Virus record (IMG/VR): IMGVR_UViG_3300035034_000707
Span: 21,130-85,129 of that record
Length of the DNA: 64,000 bases
DNA from: a virus
Reading direction: 5' to 3' (one strand)
Under the pieces are notes generated by a model. It worked only from the letters and a program-made list of their open reading frames with translations, was not told where the DNA came from and made no database searches. Below, one piece after another: positions 1 to 10,718 of this stretch. Made by a program: the position numbers and the translations under genes. Positions within the stretch are counted from its first letter, which is position 1. Each line of letters starts with the position of its first letter.

Positions 1-749
1 CCAGCATCACGGGGAAATACCGTGAAATGGCTGAGACGGCGGGTATGACGGCCAAGGAGATTGAAAACTACCGCATCCAGCAGGAACTCCTACAAGCGGC
101 GCAACAGGATGGTGTGGCCCTATCCCCCGAAATCGTGGCCTCTGTGCTGGCCCAGAAGGATGCGTTCGAACAAGCGGCGCTATCCGCTCAGACATTTGCG
201 GCTGGGGCGAAGCAGGGTTTCCAAGACTTTGCAGATAGCGTTCAGACGAACATGGAGTTTGCGCGGGACTTTACCCAAAGCGCCTTCCAAGGGCTGTCCG
301 GTGTAATCTCCGACTTTGTAATGACTGGCAAGGCGGACTTTGTTGGCTTGTTCAAAGACCTCCTTGGGCAGATATCAAAATTCCTCGCCAACCAATTGGT
401 TATGCAACTCTTCGGCGGCGGCAAGGGTGGCGGTGGCCTCTTTGGCGGCGGTGGTGGTGGTGGCGGCTTCCTGAGCGGCCTCTTTGGGGGCTTCCTTGCA
501 GAGGGCGGACCCGCGCAAGCAGGCAAACCTTACATCGTAGGGGAAGAGGGGCCAGAGTGGTTCGTGCCTAAACAGTCGGGGACGGTTGTACCCAATGGGC
601 AGCAACCTGACTTCGCTGGCAACCGTGAGCCGATAAATGTAAACTTCAACATCACGACCCCGGATGCGGACAGTTTCCGCCGCTCTCAAGGTCAGATCAA
701 AGCGAACATGAGCCGGGTGCTGTCTGACGCTGATCGCCGCAATAACTAA
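1..749 (+). CDS. Tail tape measure protein, C-terminal part (5' truncated by window)
   Basis: Frame open to window edge; Gly-rich tract, AEGG...GEEGPEWFVP motif and ADSFRRSQGQI end typical of lambda/GTA tape-measure C-termini; directly before DUF2460. Confidence 0.85.
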   Translation, partial: SITGKYREMAETAGMTAKEIENYRIQQELLQAAQQDGVALSPEIVASVLAQKDAFEQAALSAQTFAAGAKQGFQDFADSVQTNMEFARDFTQSAFQGLSGVISDFVMTGKADFVGLFKDLLGQISKFLANQLVMQLFGGGKGGGGLFGGGGGGGGFLSGLFGGFLAEGGPAQAGKPYIVGEEGPEWFVPKQSGTVVPNGQQPDFAGNREPINVNFNITTPDADSFRRSQGQIKANMSRVLSDADRRNN

Positions 750-759
750 GGGACTTCCA

Positions 760-1404
760 ATGGCTTTCCATGAAGTGAGACTTCCAACTGATGTAGAGCG
801 CAACGCCTCTGGTGGGCCGGGCTTTCTGACCAGCGTAAGCGTTCTTCAATCGGGCAAGGAACAGCGTAATTCTCTCTGGGAAGTGGACCGTGGGAATTGG
901 GATATTGGCTACGGTATTCAAACCCGGGACCAAGCCCTGATCGTCAGGGACTTTTTCTATGCTCGACGCGGGCGGCTTTATGGGTTCCGGTTTCGGGACT
1001 GGTCGAACTACCGCACCGAAGGCACGGCCAAGGCCCCGGCAGGTCTTGCGTCAGAGACCACGGGAGAACCCGCCGAAGCAGACGGCATCGGCACCGTCTT
1101 TCAGCTTTACTACCGCTACACAGACAGCGGGGCCTATGGCTACACGAAGAAAATCTTCAAGCCGGTGGCAGGGACGATCAACGTCTATATCGAAGGCGCT
1201 CTCGTGGACCCCGGGGATTACTCTCTGAATACGACGAATGGGCAGATCACCTTTGACGTTGCGCCAGAGTATAACTCAGACGTTGAATGGTCTGGTCAAT
1301 TCGATCTACCTGTCCGGTTCGACACTGACCGCTTGGACATGGTAGTCACGACCGTAGAAGTCATATCTCAACCCTCTATCCAACTCGTGGAACTCAAACT
1401 CTAG
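760..1404 (+). CDS. GTA-like distal tail protein (DUF2460)
   Basis: MAFHEVRLP, GGPGFLT, FFYARRGRLYGFRFRDW, FDLPVRFDTD motifs. Confidence 0.92.
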   Translation: MAFHEVRLPTDVERNASGGPGFLTSVSVLQSGKEQRNSLWEVDRGNWDIGYGIQTRDQALIVRDFFYARRGRLYGFRFRDWSNYRTEGTAKAPAGLASETTGEPAEADGIGTVFQLYYRYTDSGAYGYTKKIFKPVAGTINVYIEGALVDPGDYSLNTTNGQITFDVAPEYNSDVEWSGQFDLPVRFDTDRLDMVVTTVEVISQPSIQLVELKL

Positions 1405-1413
1405 GATTGCCCC

Positions 1414-2508
1414 ATGCCGTTGACGCTGCCCCCTTCCCTTGTGGCTCACTTGCAAGACGACTCACTGACCCTCGCTACTTTGTGGCAGATCATTCGTGTG
1501 GACGGGTTAGAGTATTTCTATACCGATCACGATATGGATATCACCTTTGACGGGCAGATTTACAAAGCCGGAGTGGGCTATGACCGTTCCGCCATTGAGG
1601 ACAAGGGCGACCTCTCCCCTGACAACCTTGATATTCAGGGTATCCTGTCCAGCACTGAAATTAGCCGTGAGGATATCCGGGCCGGTATGTTCGACGGCGC
1701 AGAAGTCTGGATCAGGATTGTGAACTGGAACAACCCGGACGGGGGCGCGGTTATCCGGCGACGCGGTTGGCTTGGGGAAGTCAAGCAGAACAATCTCGGG
1801 CAGTTTGATACCGAACTCCGGGGACTGTCAGAAGCCCTCTCTGAGCGGCTATCCCGCGTCTACACGCCCGGGTGCGTGGCGGACCTAGGTTCCATGCCCG
1901 GGGACCGTGCGACGGCAATCTGCGGGCGCTCTATGACCCCGGGTATTCGCGTAGAAGCCCAATACTATGAGGCCGGTCAAGAAATGACAATTCCGGGGAT
2001 AAACGATCTGGTGTTCCGGGCCAGCCTAAATGCCCCCACCGGGACCAATCCCTATGATGATGATTTTGATTATGCCAATATCGGGGACGTAATTGAGGAC
2101 GGGGATCAACGATGGGTGGCCTATGAGCCGTGGCGGTTAGAGGCTACCGTGCAGCTTTTCCCAACACCGGACCGTCGCGTCTTTGCGATTGATCTTGTTA
2201 GCACCCGGCTGGACGCAGACCCCCGGCACTTTGACGGCGGCTTGATTACCTTCCTTACGGGGGACAACGCGGGCTATAGCCGAGAACTGAAATACGTTGA
2301 TCAAGATAGTGTCCTTGTATCAGAATGTTTCCTCTATCTCAGGATGCCGTTCGACGTGAACCCCGGTGATCGGGTTGCAGTCTACCCGGGGTGCAATAAG
2401 ACTATCACTGCCTGCCATACCAAATTCGACAATAGCATAAACTTCAAAGGCTTCCCCCATGTGCCGGGTGATAGCTACCTTTCAAATTACCCGGATGCCA
2501 AACGATGA
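1414..2508 (+). CDS. GTA-like baseplate hub protein (DUF2163/BR0599)
   Basis: YTDHDMDITFDG, C-terminal GCNK...CHTKFDN..NFKGFPHVPG. Confidence 0.9.
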   Translation: MPLTLPPSLVAHLQDDSLTLATLWQIIRVDGLEYFYTDHDMDITFDGQIYKAGVGYDRSAIEDKGDLSPDNLDIQGILSSTEISREDIRAGMFDGAEVWIRIVNWNNPDGGAVIRRRGWLGEVKQNNLGQFDTELRGLSEALSERLSRVYTPGCVADLGSMPGDRATAICGRSMTPGIRVEAQYYEAGQEMTIPGINDLVFRASLNAPTGTNPYDDDFDYANIGDVIEDGDQRWVAYEPWRLEATVQLFPTPDRRVFAIDLVSTRLDADPRHFDGGLITFLTGDNAGYSRELKYVDQDSVLVSECFLYLRMPFDVNPGDRVAVYPGCNKTITACHTKFDNSINFKGFPHVPGDSYLSNYPDAKR

Positions 2509-2984
2509 TGAGCAAGAAGCCGTACACGGGGCCTAGGAAGGGCGAACCGCCCATAGGGGGTGTTACGCGCTCAGATATCGTTGCCTGCGCTCAGGGCTAC
2601 GTAGGGACGCCGTGGCGGCATATGGGGAACGATGGGCGCGGGGTAGACTGCGTGGGCCTTCTGGTTGCTATTTGGCGTGATCTTAGGTTCACTCCTAAAC
2701 CGGTAATACCCCCTTATCGCCGTGAGCCTGATGGGTCCCTGCTGGAATACTTTCACGAATACATGATCCCTATTCCTGTCCATAAACTCAAAGTCGGAAG
2801 CGCTCTTATCTTTGCTTATCAGGGGTCGCCCTATCATGTAGGCGTTGTGGTAGACCCGGACCGGCGCAGCATGATACATGCCTATGCCCGGACCCGGAAA
2901 GTGGTGTTTGATATCATCGACCACGGACAGGAAACGCGCAGGCTCATTTGCGCATGGGATTACCCGGGGGTGACAGATGGCTGA
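2505..2984 (+). CDS. NlpC/P60 tail-associated peptidase
   Basis: GTPWRHMG..GVDCVGL catalytic Cys, HVG and IHAY His; position in GTA-like module. Confidence 0.9.
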   Translation: MMSKKPYTGPRKGEPPIGGVTRSDIVACAQGYVGTPWRHMGNDGRGVDCVGLLVAIWRDLRFTPKPVIPPYRREPDGSLLEYFHEYMIPIPVHKLKVGSALIFAYQGSPYHVGVVVDPDRRSMIHAYARTRKVVFDIIDHGQETRRLICAWDYPGVTDG

Positions 2985-5900
2985 TCCAGTAAGCATTGCT
3001 ATCAATATTGCGCTTCAAGCCGCTATCGGTCTGATTATGGCGGTACTCACTCCCAAGATACGGGAAGAGGGGCCACGACTGGACGACCGGCAGGTAACAA
3101 CGTCTACCTATGGCGAAGAGATATCGCTGGGGTATGGCACCGTTCTGGTCGCGGGCAACATTATCTGGGGCAAGGATATCGAAGAGGCTACTCTGGTCGA
3201 AGACATAGGCAAGGGTGGCCTTATGTCTAAAGGCTCGGTGACCAGCTATGAGTACTTCGCCACTTTCGCCCTCGCATTTTCCCGGCGTGAAATCAAGGAC
3301 GTGTTGCGCATCTACGCAGACGGAAAGCTGATCTACGACAAGACGGATGATGATACCCCCCGCGCCGATGTTATGAGTGGTCTGGACTTCACGCTCTACA
3401 AAGGGACCATGACCCAAGAGCGTGACCCCTTGATCGAAGCGGACGTGGGGACGGGTAACTGCCCAGCCTTCCGAGGCATCGCGTACATAGTGTTCAACCG
3501 CCTCCCCCTTCAAAACTTCGGGCGGCGCATTCCCTCTATTCGCGTGGTCATGGCCTTTACAAGTGGCGAATTAGGCCAGCCCTCTTATGCGTTTGAAGAC
3601 CTTTTGCGGGGGCAGACCTTTTCCAGCAACGACTTGGACCCGGTTAGGCGCGTGATGATCAGTCACGCCCGAGATATAGCGTCTGATGATTACCACCACA
3701 TGCTCCATGAGTACGACACGGGGAAGCTACTCTATAAGCGCCGCTTCTCTGATCTGAACGATGATATCGTGGCTATGGGGGGTCCCGCCGGATTTTTCAG
3801 TAATACTGGCGGCAGCGCTCAGTTTTCTGAGGGTCTAAAGGCCGGGGGTGCCTGCCCCTACTATATCTGCAAAAACAGGCAAGGCAGCTCTGCGCGGTTC
3901 GCTCTGATTGAAAAGGATACGCTGCGCGTTATTGATTGGACATCTAGGGCCGCGAACATATTTGACAGGTATGCCAACACCGAAGCCCACCCGACTACCG
4001 GAGTGGACACGGGACACCCCTATGTGGACGGCACCGCCAACTTCGAAATCGTAGAAGTCGTTGGCCTATTCGGTCTCGAATACTTTGCTGTATTTTTGGG
4101 GAGTGGTATCTCCGGAGCCTATGAGGCGGGTGGCCTAGCCATATGCCAAATTACCAGTTCAGGGTTTTCATGGATATGGGGTTCTGGAACGGGGCGAAAC
4201 CAGCTTGGTAGCTTGGTAGCCTCGGGTGCCTACCGAGGCTCTATTGCAGCGGGAACTCAGCGCGGTGAATTCCGGGATATCTATGTGTCTTGCATAGAGG
4301 GGCAGGTTAATTCCGGCCTAGCGCGGGGACCTTACCATATATTCAATATACGTCTGAGCGCAGCGGGGGACTATATCTTGCCGCAAGGTAATAACGCGCC
4401 CCTGAGTGGCTATGCCTTTGAACCGTTCATTACTATCCCAGAACAGACGGAAGCCGGGGGTGGGACTCATCAGCTATGGTTTAACATCAGGACTGGGGTA
4501 CTGGTATGGTCTATCTCGGACGCTGACGAATTTAGAACCCGGGGCTATAATACACTGGCCTTGGTGGGGGACCCGGCTACCCCGGCACAGCTATGGGAAC
4601 GGGATGTCTCTATCTTTTCTCCGGGGTCTACTCAGCACTATCCGTACACCCGCAATCAGATCACCGACTTTGAACGGGCTACCCGCACAATAACGACCTA
4701 TGACATGGACACTGGGGAAACCGTTGATCAGTTCTCTACGAGGTCCGAAGACTACCCTGCGGGGGATGGTATCACGTGGCCTGCTACGGTTGATAACAGC
4801 GTGTATTACTTCCCGGAAGGCAGGCATCAGGTAGACCCCCGCTACGGTGTCTTCTATGCCACCCCTCCTACCACTCGTGGCGCAGAAAGGCTTGACCGGG
4901 TAGTCTTGGACATCGTGACCCGGGGTAGACTGCTAGCCGATGATATAGACGTTACCGGCCTCGAAACTAAAGAGGTGCGGGGCTACCTTATCGCGCGGGG
5001 TATAGACTACCGAACGATCCTTGAGCCACTTATGTCAGGCTATAACTTCTATGGGGTAGAGAAAAACGGCAAGCTGGTATTTGACTTCCATACAAATGTT
5101 CCGGATGTGACTATCCCGGAAGATGATCTTCTACGATCCGGTTATGAAAACGTGCTTGAAGAGGCCCGGGGGCAAGAACTCGAAACACCCCGGGCGCTCT
5201 ATCTGGCGCACCGCGACCCGAACCAAGATGATAACAAAATGGTGCAGGGTGCTCGGCGGACCTCTTTTCCAGATGAAACGATGAACTCTGTGGGGGAACA
5301 GACGGTTGAACTCCCACTCTACCTTACCGTGGAAGAGGGCGCGCGGGTCGTTGAGCGCATTTTGTTTGAGTCTTGGATACAGCGTGAGACGTTGAAATTC
5401 CGCCTGCCCCCGCGCTATCTGGGTATCTTGCCCAATGATATCCTGACTGTTACAGCGGAAGGCCGCACGGAAGCTATTCGGGCAAATAGAGTGAGTATCG
5501 GTTCCAACCTAGAATTGGAAATTGAAGGCAACCTTGTCGAAAACCACATCTATACCCAGAGGGTTCAGGGCGTTCTTGCTTCGGGTTCTCCCAATTTTAT
5601 ACATGGTGGGAACACGGCCAATACTGCCGACAGGGTTACGGGCTGGTTGATGGATATGCCCCTTCTGCGTGACTATGACCTCCCTGACCGCACCCGGGGT
5701 CTGGTCTACTTCTCCGCAGGAGTAGGGGCTACTGACCGGGGGCTATTCCCGGGCGCGGCGCTCTACACCAGCTATGATGGTTCCAGCTTTGACGGCAGGT
5801 CCGCCGCTTCTGTGGGTTCTCCTTGGGGTCTGACGCGGGGACAAGTACCTAACTCCCCCGGGATAGACTGGAACGGGGTTCAGGAGGTTTCCATTGAAGT

Positions 5901-6645
5901 ATCCATCTTTGCCGGGGAAGACCGTATGGCCTCGGTGCTAACGGCGGACATGATAGGGAACGATGCCAATACCGCCGTCCTGCTTAAACCCAATGGGGAA
6001 GCTGAAATCATTGGCTTCCGAGACGTGACCTATCTGACTGGGAATACCTACCGTCTGACGGGCCTAATGAGGGGCAAGAGGGGGACAAACAGCGCAGCGG
6101 TAGGTTACCCCCTATCAGGCTTGGTTTCCTTTATCCTGATGGACCCTCTATGGGTTACCGGCTTCTATGAAAGTCTCGCCCGGGATGAACAGACGATGGG
6201 TTACAGGGTTATAGCGGCAAACGCGGGGCAGACCTTCTCTCAAGAAAAAAGCCAGCTTATCAAACTGAAAACGCTTATGCCCTACGAACCGGCTCATGTT
6301 AGAGTGGAGGCTATTGCGGGCGCGCATAGGATTAGCTGGACCCGGCGGACCCGACAGGCAGGCGCGCTTCGATCCGGGGTAGCCACGGTTGCTATCAGCG
6401 AAGATGCCGAACTCTACGAACTGGAAATCTATGGGTTCTTTGACGCTTCGGCTGAAGAAGAATTCGGGGTAGTCCGCACGGTTACCGGTCTGACGACGCC
6501 TACCTTTGACTATACCGATGCCATGCTGCTGGACGACTTCTTTTCTTCATCGCTACCTGAACCTCTTTTTGTTAAGGTGTACCAGATATCAGCCCAAGTA
6601 GGGCGCGGGTTCAGCACCCGGCGTGCCCTTTATGTAGAGGACTAA
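2977..6645 (+). CDS. Central tail/host-specificity protein (GTA megatron-like)
   Basis: STYGEEISLGYG, PAFRGIAYIVF N-terminus; GLMRGKRGT, ISWTRRTR, VYQISAQVGRG C-terminus. Confidence 0.88.
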   Translation: MADPVSIAINIALQAAIGLIMAVLTPKIREEGPRLDDRQVTTSTYGEEISLGYGTVLVAGNIIWGKDIEEATLVEDIGKGGLMSKGSVTSYEYFATFALAFSRREIKDVLRIYADGKLIYDKTDDDTPRADVMSGLDFTLYKGTMTQERDPLIEADVGTGNCPAFRGIAYIVFNRLPLQNFGRRIPSIRVVMAFTSGELGQPSYAFEDLLRGQTFSSNDLDPVRRVMISHARDIASDDYHHMLHEYDTGKLLYKRRFSDLNDDIVAMGGPAGFFSNTGGSAQFSEGLKAGGACPYYICKNRQGSSARFALIEKDTLRVIDWTSRAANIFDRYANTEAHPTTGVDTGHPYVDGTANFEIVEVVGLFGLEYFAVFLGSGISGAYEAGGLAICQITSSGFSWIWGSGTGRNQLGSLVASGAYRGSIAAGTQRGEFRDIYVSCIEGQVNSGLARGPYHIFNIRLSAAGDYILPQGNNAPLSGYAFEPFITIPEQTEAGGGTHQLWFNIRTGVLVWSISDADEFRTRGYNTLALVGDPATPAQLWERDVSIFSPGSTQHYPYTRNQITDFERATRTITTYDMDTGETVDQFSTRSEDYPAGDGITWPATVDNSVYYFPEGRHQVDPRYGVFYATPPTTRGAERLDRVVLDIVTRGRLLADDIDVTGLETKEVRGYLIARGIDYRTILEPLMSGYNFYGVEKNGKLVFDFHTNVPDVTIPEDDLLRSGYENVLEEARGQELETPRALYLAHRDPNQDDNKMVQGARRTSFPDETMNSVGEQTVELPLYLTVEEGARVVERILFESWIQRETLKFRLPPRYLGILPNDILTVTAEGRTEAIRANRVSIGSNLELEIEGNLVENHIYTQRVQGVLASGSPNFIHGGNTANTADRVTGWLMDMPLLRDYDLPDRTRGLVYFSAGVGATDRGLFPGAALYTSYDGSSFDGRSAASVGSPWGLTRGQVPNSPGIDWNGVQEVSIEVSIFAGEDRMASVLTADMIGNDANTAVLLKPNGEAEIIGFRDVTYLTGNTYRLTGLMRGKRGTNSAAVGYPLSGLVSFILMDPLWVTGFYESLARDEQTMGYRVIAANAGQTFSQEKSQLIKLKTLMPYEPAHVRVEAIAGAHRISWTRRTRQAGALRSGVATVAISEDAELYELEIYGFFDASAEEEFGVVRTVTGLTTPTFDYTDAMLLDDFFSSSLPEPLFVKVYQISAQVGRGFSTRRALYVED

Positions 6646-6649
6646 CCCA

Positions 6650-7471
6650 ATGGCAACAGGCCAACTCAATATAGCACACGTTGTCGGTTCCCAGAACAAT
6701 AAGGAAACGACGATCAACGCCGGGCTTGATGCTCTTGATAACGCCATGAACAAGGTGAGTGTCCTTACGATCACCGGAAACCGTACCTTGACGGCCTCGG
6801 AACTCCGGGGCGCGGGGATATTTGAATTGACCGGGACGCCTAGCGAATTCACTCTGACAATCCCACCCAGCATTGACCGTACCTTTATCATAGCCAACCT
6901 GACCGGCGCGTCGTGTTTGATTAAAACCAGCGGGTCCGCCGAACCGGCTATTGTACTGGCTACTTCGACGATAGGCAGTCTCTACTCGGATGGAACTGAT
7001 ACCAAGACGGTCGCCAGCGGTGGGGGTGGCGGCGCGGTTTCTGTATCTGTCGATGGCTCGCTTCTTCTGGCTGAAACCACCGGATTTAATTTCTTGGGCG
7101 GAACTGTTTTTGAGAATAGCGATGGCAGTGTCGCTATCGACCTGAGCGGTACCGGTGGGACCTCAACCACACAATCGGTTGAAGCGGCCTCGCGTGATAT
7201 AGACAACTCCGATCTGATTGGGGGCGTCATTCTTAAAGCATCCTCCGGCGGGGCTGTAGTCTTCACGGTCCCTTCTGGGCTGACAGGTATTGAACCTGTG
7301 ACAGTAATCCGTATTGGGGCCGGTGCGGTTTCTTTCGCTGCGGAAAGCGGTGTAGCTATCCTGTCAGCTAATGGTGACCTTACGCTGTCTGCTCGGTATT
7401 CGGCGGTAACCCTCATACCCGATCTAAACACCGATGATACCTTCTATCTGATAGGGGATATAACGACATGA
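6650..7471 (+). CDS. Tail fibre/adaptor protein (DUF2793-like N-terminus)
   Basis: SQNNKETTINAGLDALD N-terminus, beta-rich, follows megatron. Confidence 0.65.
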   Translation: MATGQLNIAHVVGSQNNKETTINAGLDALDNAMNKVSVLTITGNRTLTASELRGAGIFELTGTPSEFTLTIPPSIDRTFIIANLTGASCLIKTSGSAEPAIVLATSTIGSLYSDGTDTKTVASGGGGGAVSVSVDGSLLLAETTGFNFLGGTVFENSDGSVAIDLSGTGGTSTTQSVEAASRDIDNSDLIGGVILKASSGGAVVFTVPSGLTGIEPVTVIRIGAGAVSFAAESGVAILSANGDLTLSARYSAVTLIPDLNTDDTFYLIGDITT

Positions 7472-8220
7472 TAACCCCAAGCCTGATAGGCGTCATTGCT
7501 TCCGCCACGTCTATAGTAGAAGCACCCCCGGAACTCTTCATTGAAGACTATGAAGAAGACTTCAACTTTGACCCGGATTATACCTCGGCTGGGCATACAT
7601 TGACGAACGCTAATAAAACCCTTGAAAATACTTCGGGTGGAACGGACTACCGCCGCTTTGTGCCTTCGGAACAAGAGATACCAAAGGACACCGGTCGCTA
7701 TTTTGAAATCGAATGTCTGACCACTGCGACTGCTGATTATAATGGGTATATGGGGGTTATGACCGATAACTTACGGGACAGTGTGTCTGTTGGTCCGACC
7801 TCTGGTAACAACCCGATTGATCTGGGTTCTTTAGCTTACCGTGGAACAGGGGATATTTGGGGGGATGACTCACAACAACTTGTTACGGGGGTAGGCACCT
7901 TTGGGACGGGCGATATCTTGATGTTCTTCGTGGATATGGAAGCCCGCGAATTCTATGTCGGTAAAAACGGAACATGGCACCGGGACCCTGATAGTGCGCG
8001 GCCCAGCCGATTGTTTCAGTATGGTTATGAGGGCGGGGCCTATTATGTTACCGGCCAAGGTCGGGATCAGACAGAAGGCGGAACTTTGATCAGTAAAGAG
8101 GCGGACTTCAACTACACGCCTCCTGCCCGGGCGCTTCCCCTCGGGCGCATATACGCCCCGGCTCAAAGGGTGGAAAGCCATACCGCTTACGTTATTACTC
8201 AGGATGGGTCATTCCTATGA
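7468..8220 (+). CDS. Putative virion protein with SPRY/lectin-like beta-sandwich
   Basis: GRYFEIEC, GDILMFFVDM...FYVGKNGTW pattern. Confidence 0.55.
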   Translation: MITPSLIGVIASATSIVEAPPELFIEDYEEDFNFDPDYTSAGHTLTNANKTLENTSGGTDYRRFVPSEQEIPKDTGRYFEIECLTTATADYNGYMGVMTDNLRDSVSVGPTSGNNPIDLGSLAYRGTGDIWGDDSQQLVTGVGTFGTGDILMFFVDMEAREFYVGKNGTWHRDPDSARPSRLFQYGYEGGAYYVTGQGRDQTEGGTLISKEADFNYTPPARALPLGRIYAPAQRVESHTAYVITQDGSFL

Positions 8221-10655
8221 AGGTTCTTTTCGCCAGCAACCGCGTAGACGACTTTAGGGGTTACACTCCCTTAGCTTCGAACACTTTGTTCTTTGACGAA
8301 ACTCGGGTTCCTTACGCTATCGGGTGTATTTACGGTGGGCGGGTAACCTTGGCCGGACGGCTTCATAAGGCTCCGGTCGGGAACGTGGTTTGGTATCATA
8401 TGAACATAGGGTGCAACCGCACTTGTAGCCCAAACTACGGTGGGGACCTTTTAGTAATTCGGGATGCAGGAATCAATACGCTATGTGTTCTTCGTATTAA
8501 GGCTTCTAATGATGATCTGGAAGTGTCGACCGCTGGCGATACGACTGAAGTTGGAAGCCCCGGAACTCAAACTCTACAGCCAACCCCTTTTCGAATAGAT
8601 ATTCGAGTAGAAGTCACAGCGTCCAATATTATCGTGGGCTACTATGAAAATGAAAACCTTGTCAGTAATACTACGGTAGCCAATACCTCCGGTGGAAAGG
8701 GTGTAGCCCGCAGCATCGACTTTCTATCGACAGTGAAACAAACGGGCTTCAACCTATTTGGGGACGTGTATTTTTCTGAACTGATTATATCCGAAGAGGA
8801 AACGCTTGGCGCGCGATTGAGACGTGTCAACCTCGGGACAGGTGACCTAGTTTCTGATTACGAAGGAAGTCCAAGTGCCCTAGGTCTTGAAAGTTTCAAA
8901 GAGGATATCCGGACCATAACCGAAGACACCCAGACAACGGGCATCCTCCGGACCTACTCTTCCACCGAGAACGTGGTTGGGCTGGTCCTTTCGACCTCGG
9001 CTGGGGTAGGCACAGTAGATGGACCTCAGACCCTAACTCAATCGGTTGAAATTGGTGGAGAAGTCTTCGGGGGCGATGTTCACAGTCTGGAACGTGGGTC
9101 AAAGCCCTTTCTGACAACGTGGGAAACCAATCCTTATACAGGGGTCGATTGGACGCCCGGTGATATCGACCGCCTAAAAGTCGGGTTTAAGGCTGGGGCG
9201 ATTGCTACGCCCTCCCCCGCCGCGCGGTACTGGCGTCTGTTTATGACCGACAGCATTGACCCGACGCAAACTTTTGTGGGCTTGACTGAAATCGAATTCA
9301 GAACTGCCGTAGGTGGCACCGACCTTACGGACCCGGCGGACGCCTTAGCCGGGGCTGCTACATCCAGTAGTGAACTTTCAGCTTCTTTCGCGGCTCAAAA
9401 CGCTTTCGATGATGTGGTATCGGCGGGGGCTGATAATGTCTGGACTACTGCTAGCGGGGATCAACTCAACGCTTGGATCACCTATGATTTTGTTACGCCC
9501 GCCACTATTTCAGAAGTGCTGGTAACCGGCCTGAATGACCCGCTTCAATCCCCGAAGGATTTGAAACTTCAAAAGTCTAGCGACGGTACCACATGGGTAG
9601 ACGTTATTGACTTCGGCCTTCTCTCGTGGACTGCCTTAGAGCAGAAGGCCCTAGCCGTTACCGACGCCACGGTCACCATACTACCCATAGACCCTTATGA
9701 CTTCCCCATCCTCTCTACGGATGCGACCGGTACGGCCAGCGATTGGTCGCGCTTTGGGGGAAGCGTTCTTACCGCTTGGGGTTCCGAACCAACTTTCTGG
9801 GTCCCCTCTTTGACGAATGACCGGGTTATCCACTATCAGGAATTCGCGGTCCCGGATGGCTTCATCCCCTTCATCGACGCTGGCAACGCACTGGTCGATC
9901 TGTCTCATGTGATAAAATCTTTGGGGGGGGATGATGGCTGCTTTGCCATAGTGGAATTCCTCGACGGATCGACCGGATCAGACTTCCTTGGCCGGGGCTT
10001 TACTGAGGATCAACTACCGACTGTCGAAACGGCTACCAGCCAGAATGATATCAGGGTCCCTCCGGGTACGCGCGTATGCCGCATTGGCTGGCAAGGCTTC
10101 CGTAAAGCGGGGACGCAACTGAACGGTAACGTGAAAGATATTGCCTGCACTCTGAAACAAGGTAATGGTGAGGCTACTGAGGCAGTCATGCTCTTCTCCG
10201 AAGAGGAAGCCAGCCTTACTGGTTGGTCGGGGGATACGGGGGTCGTTGTAATCCTTACCTCGGATGGGGACTGGCAGCGCGGCGGGGATCGACCACACTA
10301 CGCTGGTGGCCCGACTAACGCTAACAGCCGGATATTCAGGACGCTACCTATTCCTTCCGGATGGGCTGATAAGGTTGCCACGGGCGCGGCCCGTATCCAG
10401 ATTACCGCGTCCCTGTTCAATGCAAATGACGACGACGATGCGGGCATCGGCATTGAATTTAATCGGCCCGGGACCAATACTTTCCTTGAAACTGGCCGCG
10501 TGGCCATAACGAATGAAGTCATACCCATTACGCTAGACGCAGTGGTTCCCTCGGACACTATCGACTTTATTCTGGACTTGGAATTCTGGCGGGATGATGG
10601 GACCTATAACGATGGCGCGATCAGCCAGATTGGTATATTCCTCTACCTCACTTAA
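8217..10655 (+). CDS. Putative receptor-binding protein with discoidin/F5-8-like domain
   Basis: ARYWRL...EIEFR, AQNAFDD, WITYDF, LQKSSDGTTW; 812 aa beta-rich, at end of tail module. Confidence 0.6.
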   Translation: MKVLFASNRVDDFRGYTPLASNTLFFDETRVPYAIGCIYGGRVTLAGRLHKAPVGNVVWYHMNIGCNRTCSPNYGGDLLVIRDAGINTLCVLRIKASNDDLEVSTAGDTTEVGSPGTQTLQPTPFRIDIRVEVTASNIIVGYYENENLVSNTTVANTSGGKGVARSIDFLSTVKQTGFNLFGDVYFSELIISEEETLGARLRRVNLGTGDLVSDYEGSPSALGLESFKEDIRTITEDTQTTGILRTYSSTENVVGLVLSTSAGVGTVDGPQTLTQSVEIGGEVFGGDVHSLERGSKPFLTTWETNPYTGVDWTPGDIDRLKVGFKAGAIATPSPAARYWRLFMTDSIDPTQTFVGLTEIEFRTAVGGTDLTDPADALAGAATSSSELSASFAAQNAFDDVVSAGADNVWTTASGDQLNAWITYDFVTPATISEVLVTGLNDPLQSPKDLKLQKSSDGTTWVDVIDFGLLSWTALEQKALAVTDATVTILPIDPYDFPILSTDATGTASDWSRFGGSVLTAWGSEPTFWVPSLTNDRVIHYQEFAVPDGFIPFIDAGNALVDLSHVIKSLGGDDGCFAIVEFLDGSTGSDFLGRGFTEDQLPTVETATSQNDIRVPPGTRVCRIGWQGFRKAGTQLNGNVKDIACTLKQGNGEATEAVMLFSEEEASLTGWSGDTGVVVILTSDGDWQRGGDRPHYAGGPTNANSRIFRTLPIPSGWADKVATGAARIQITASLFNANDDDDAGIGIEFNRPGTNTFLETGRVAITNEVIPITLDAVVPSDTIDFILDLEFWRDDGTYNDGAISQIGIFLYLT

Positions 10656-10662
10656 AAGAACA

Positions 10663-10691
10663 GTGACGAACGGGCCAGCCTCGTGTAGTGT
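10663..10691 (+). promoter_or_regulatory. Variant phage promoter GTGACG-17-TAGTGT before endolysin
   Basis: GTGACGAAC, 17-bp spacer; TTGGAG RBS at 10705. Confidence 0.5.
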
Positions 10692-10718
10692 CTCCGAAAA
10701 CACATTGGAGTATGCCTC

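Noticed and set aside
414-468. GGC/GGT microsatellite
   Set aside because: Explained by the Gly-rich tape-measure linker
1-6645. Host gene transfer agent cluster
   Set aside because: Contiguous with lysis, replication, terminase and portal genes of a complete phage; no chromosomal housekeeping context
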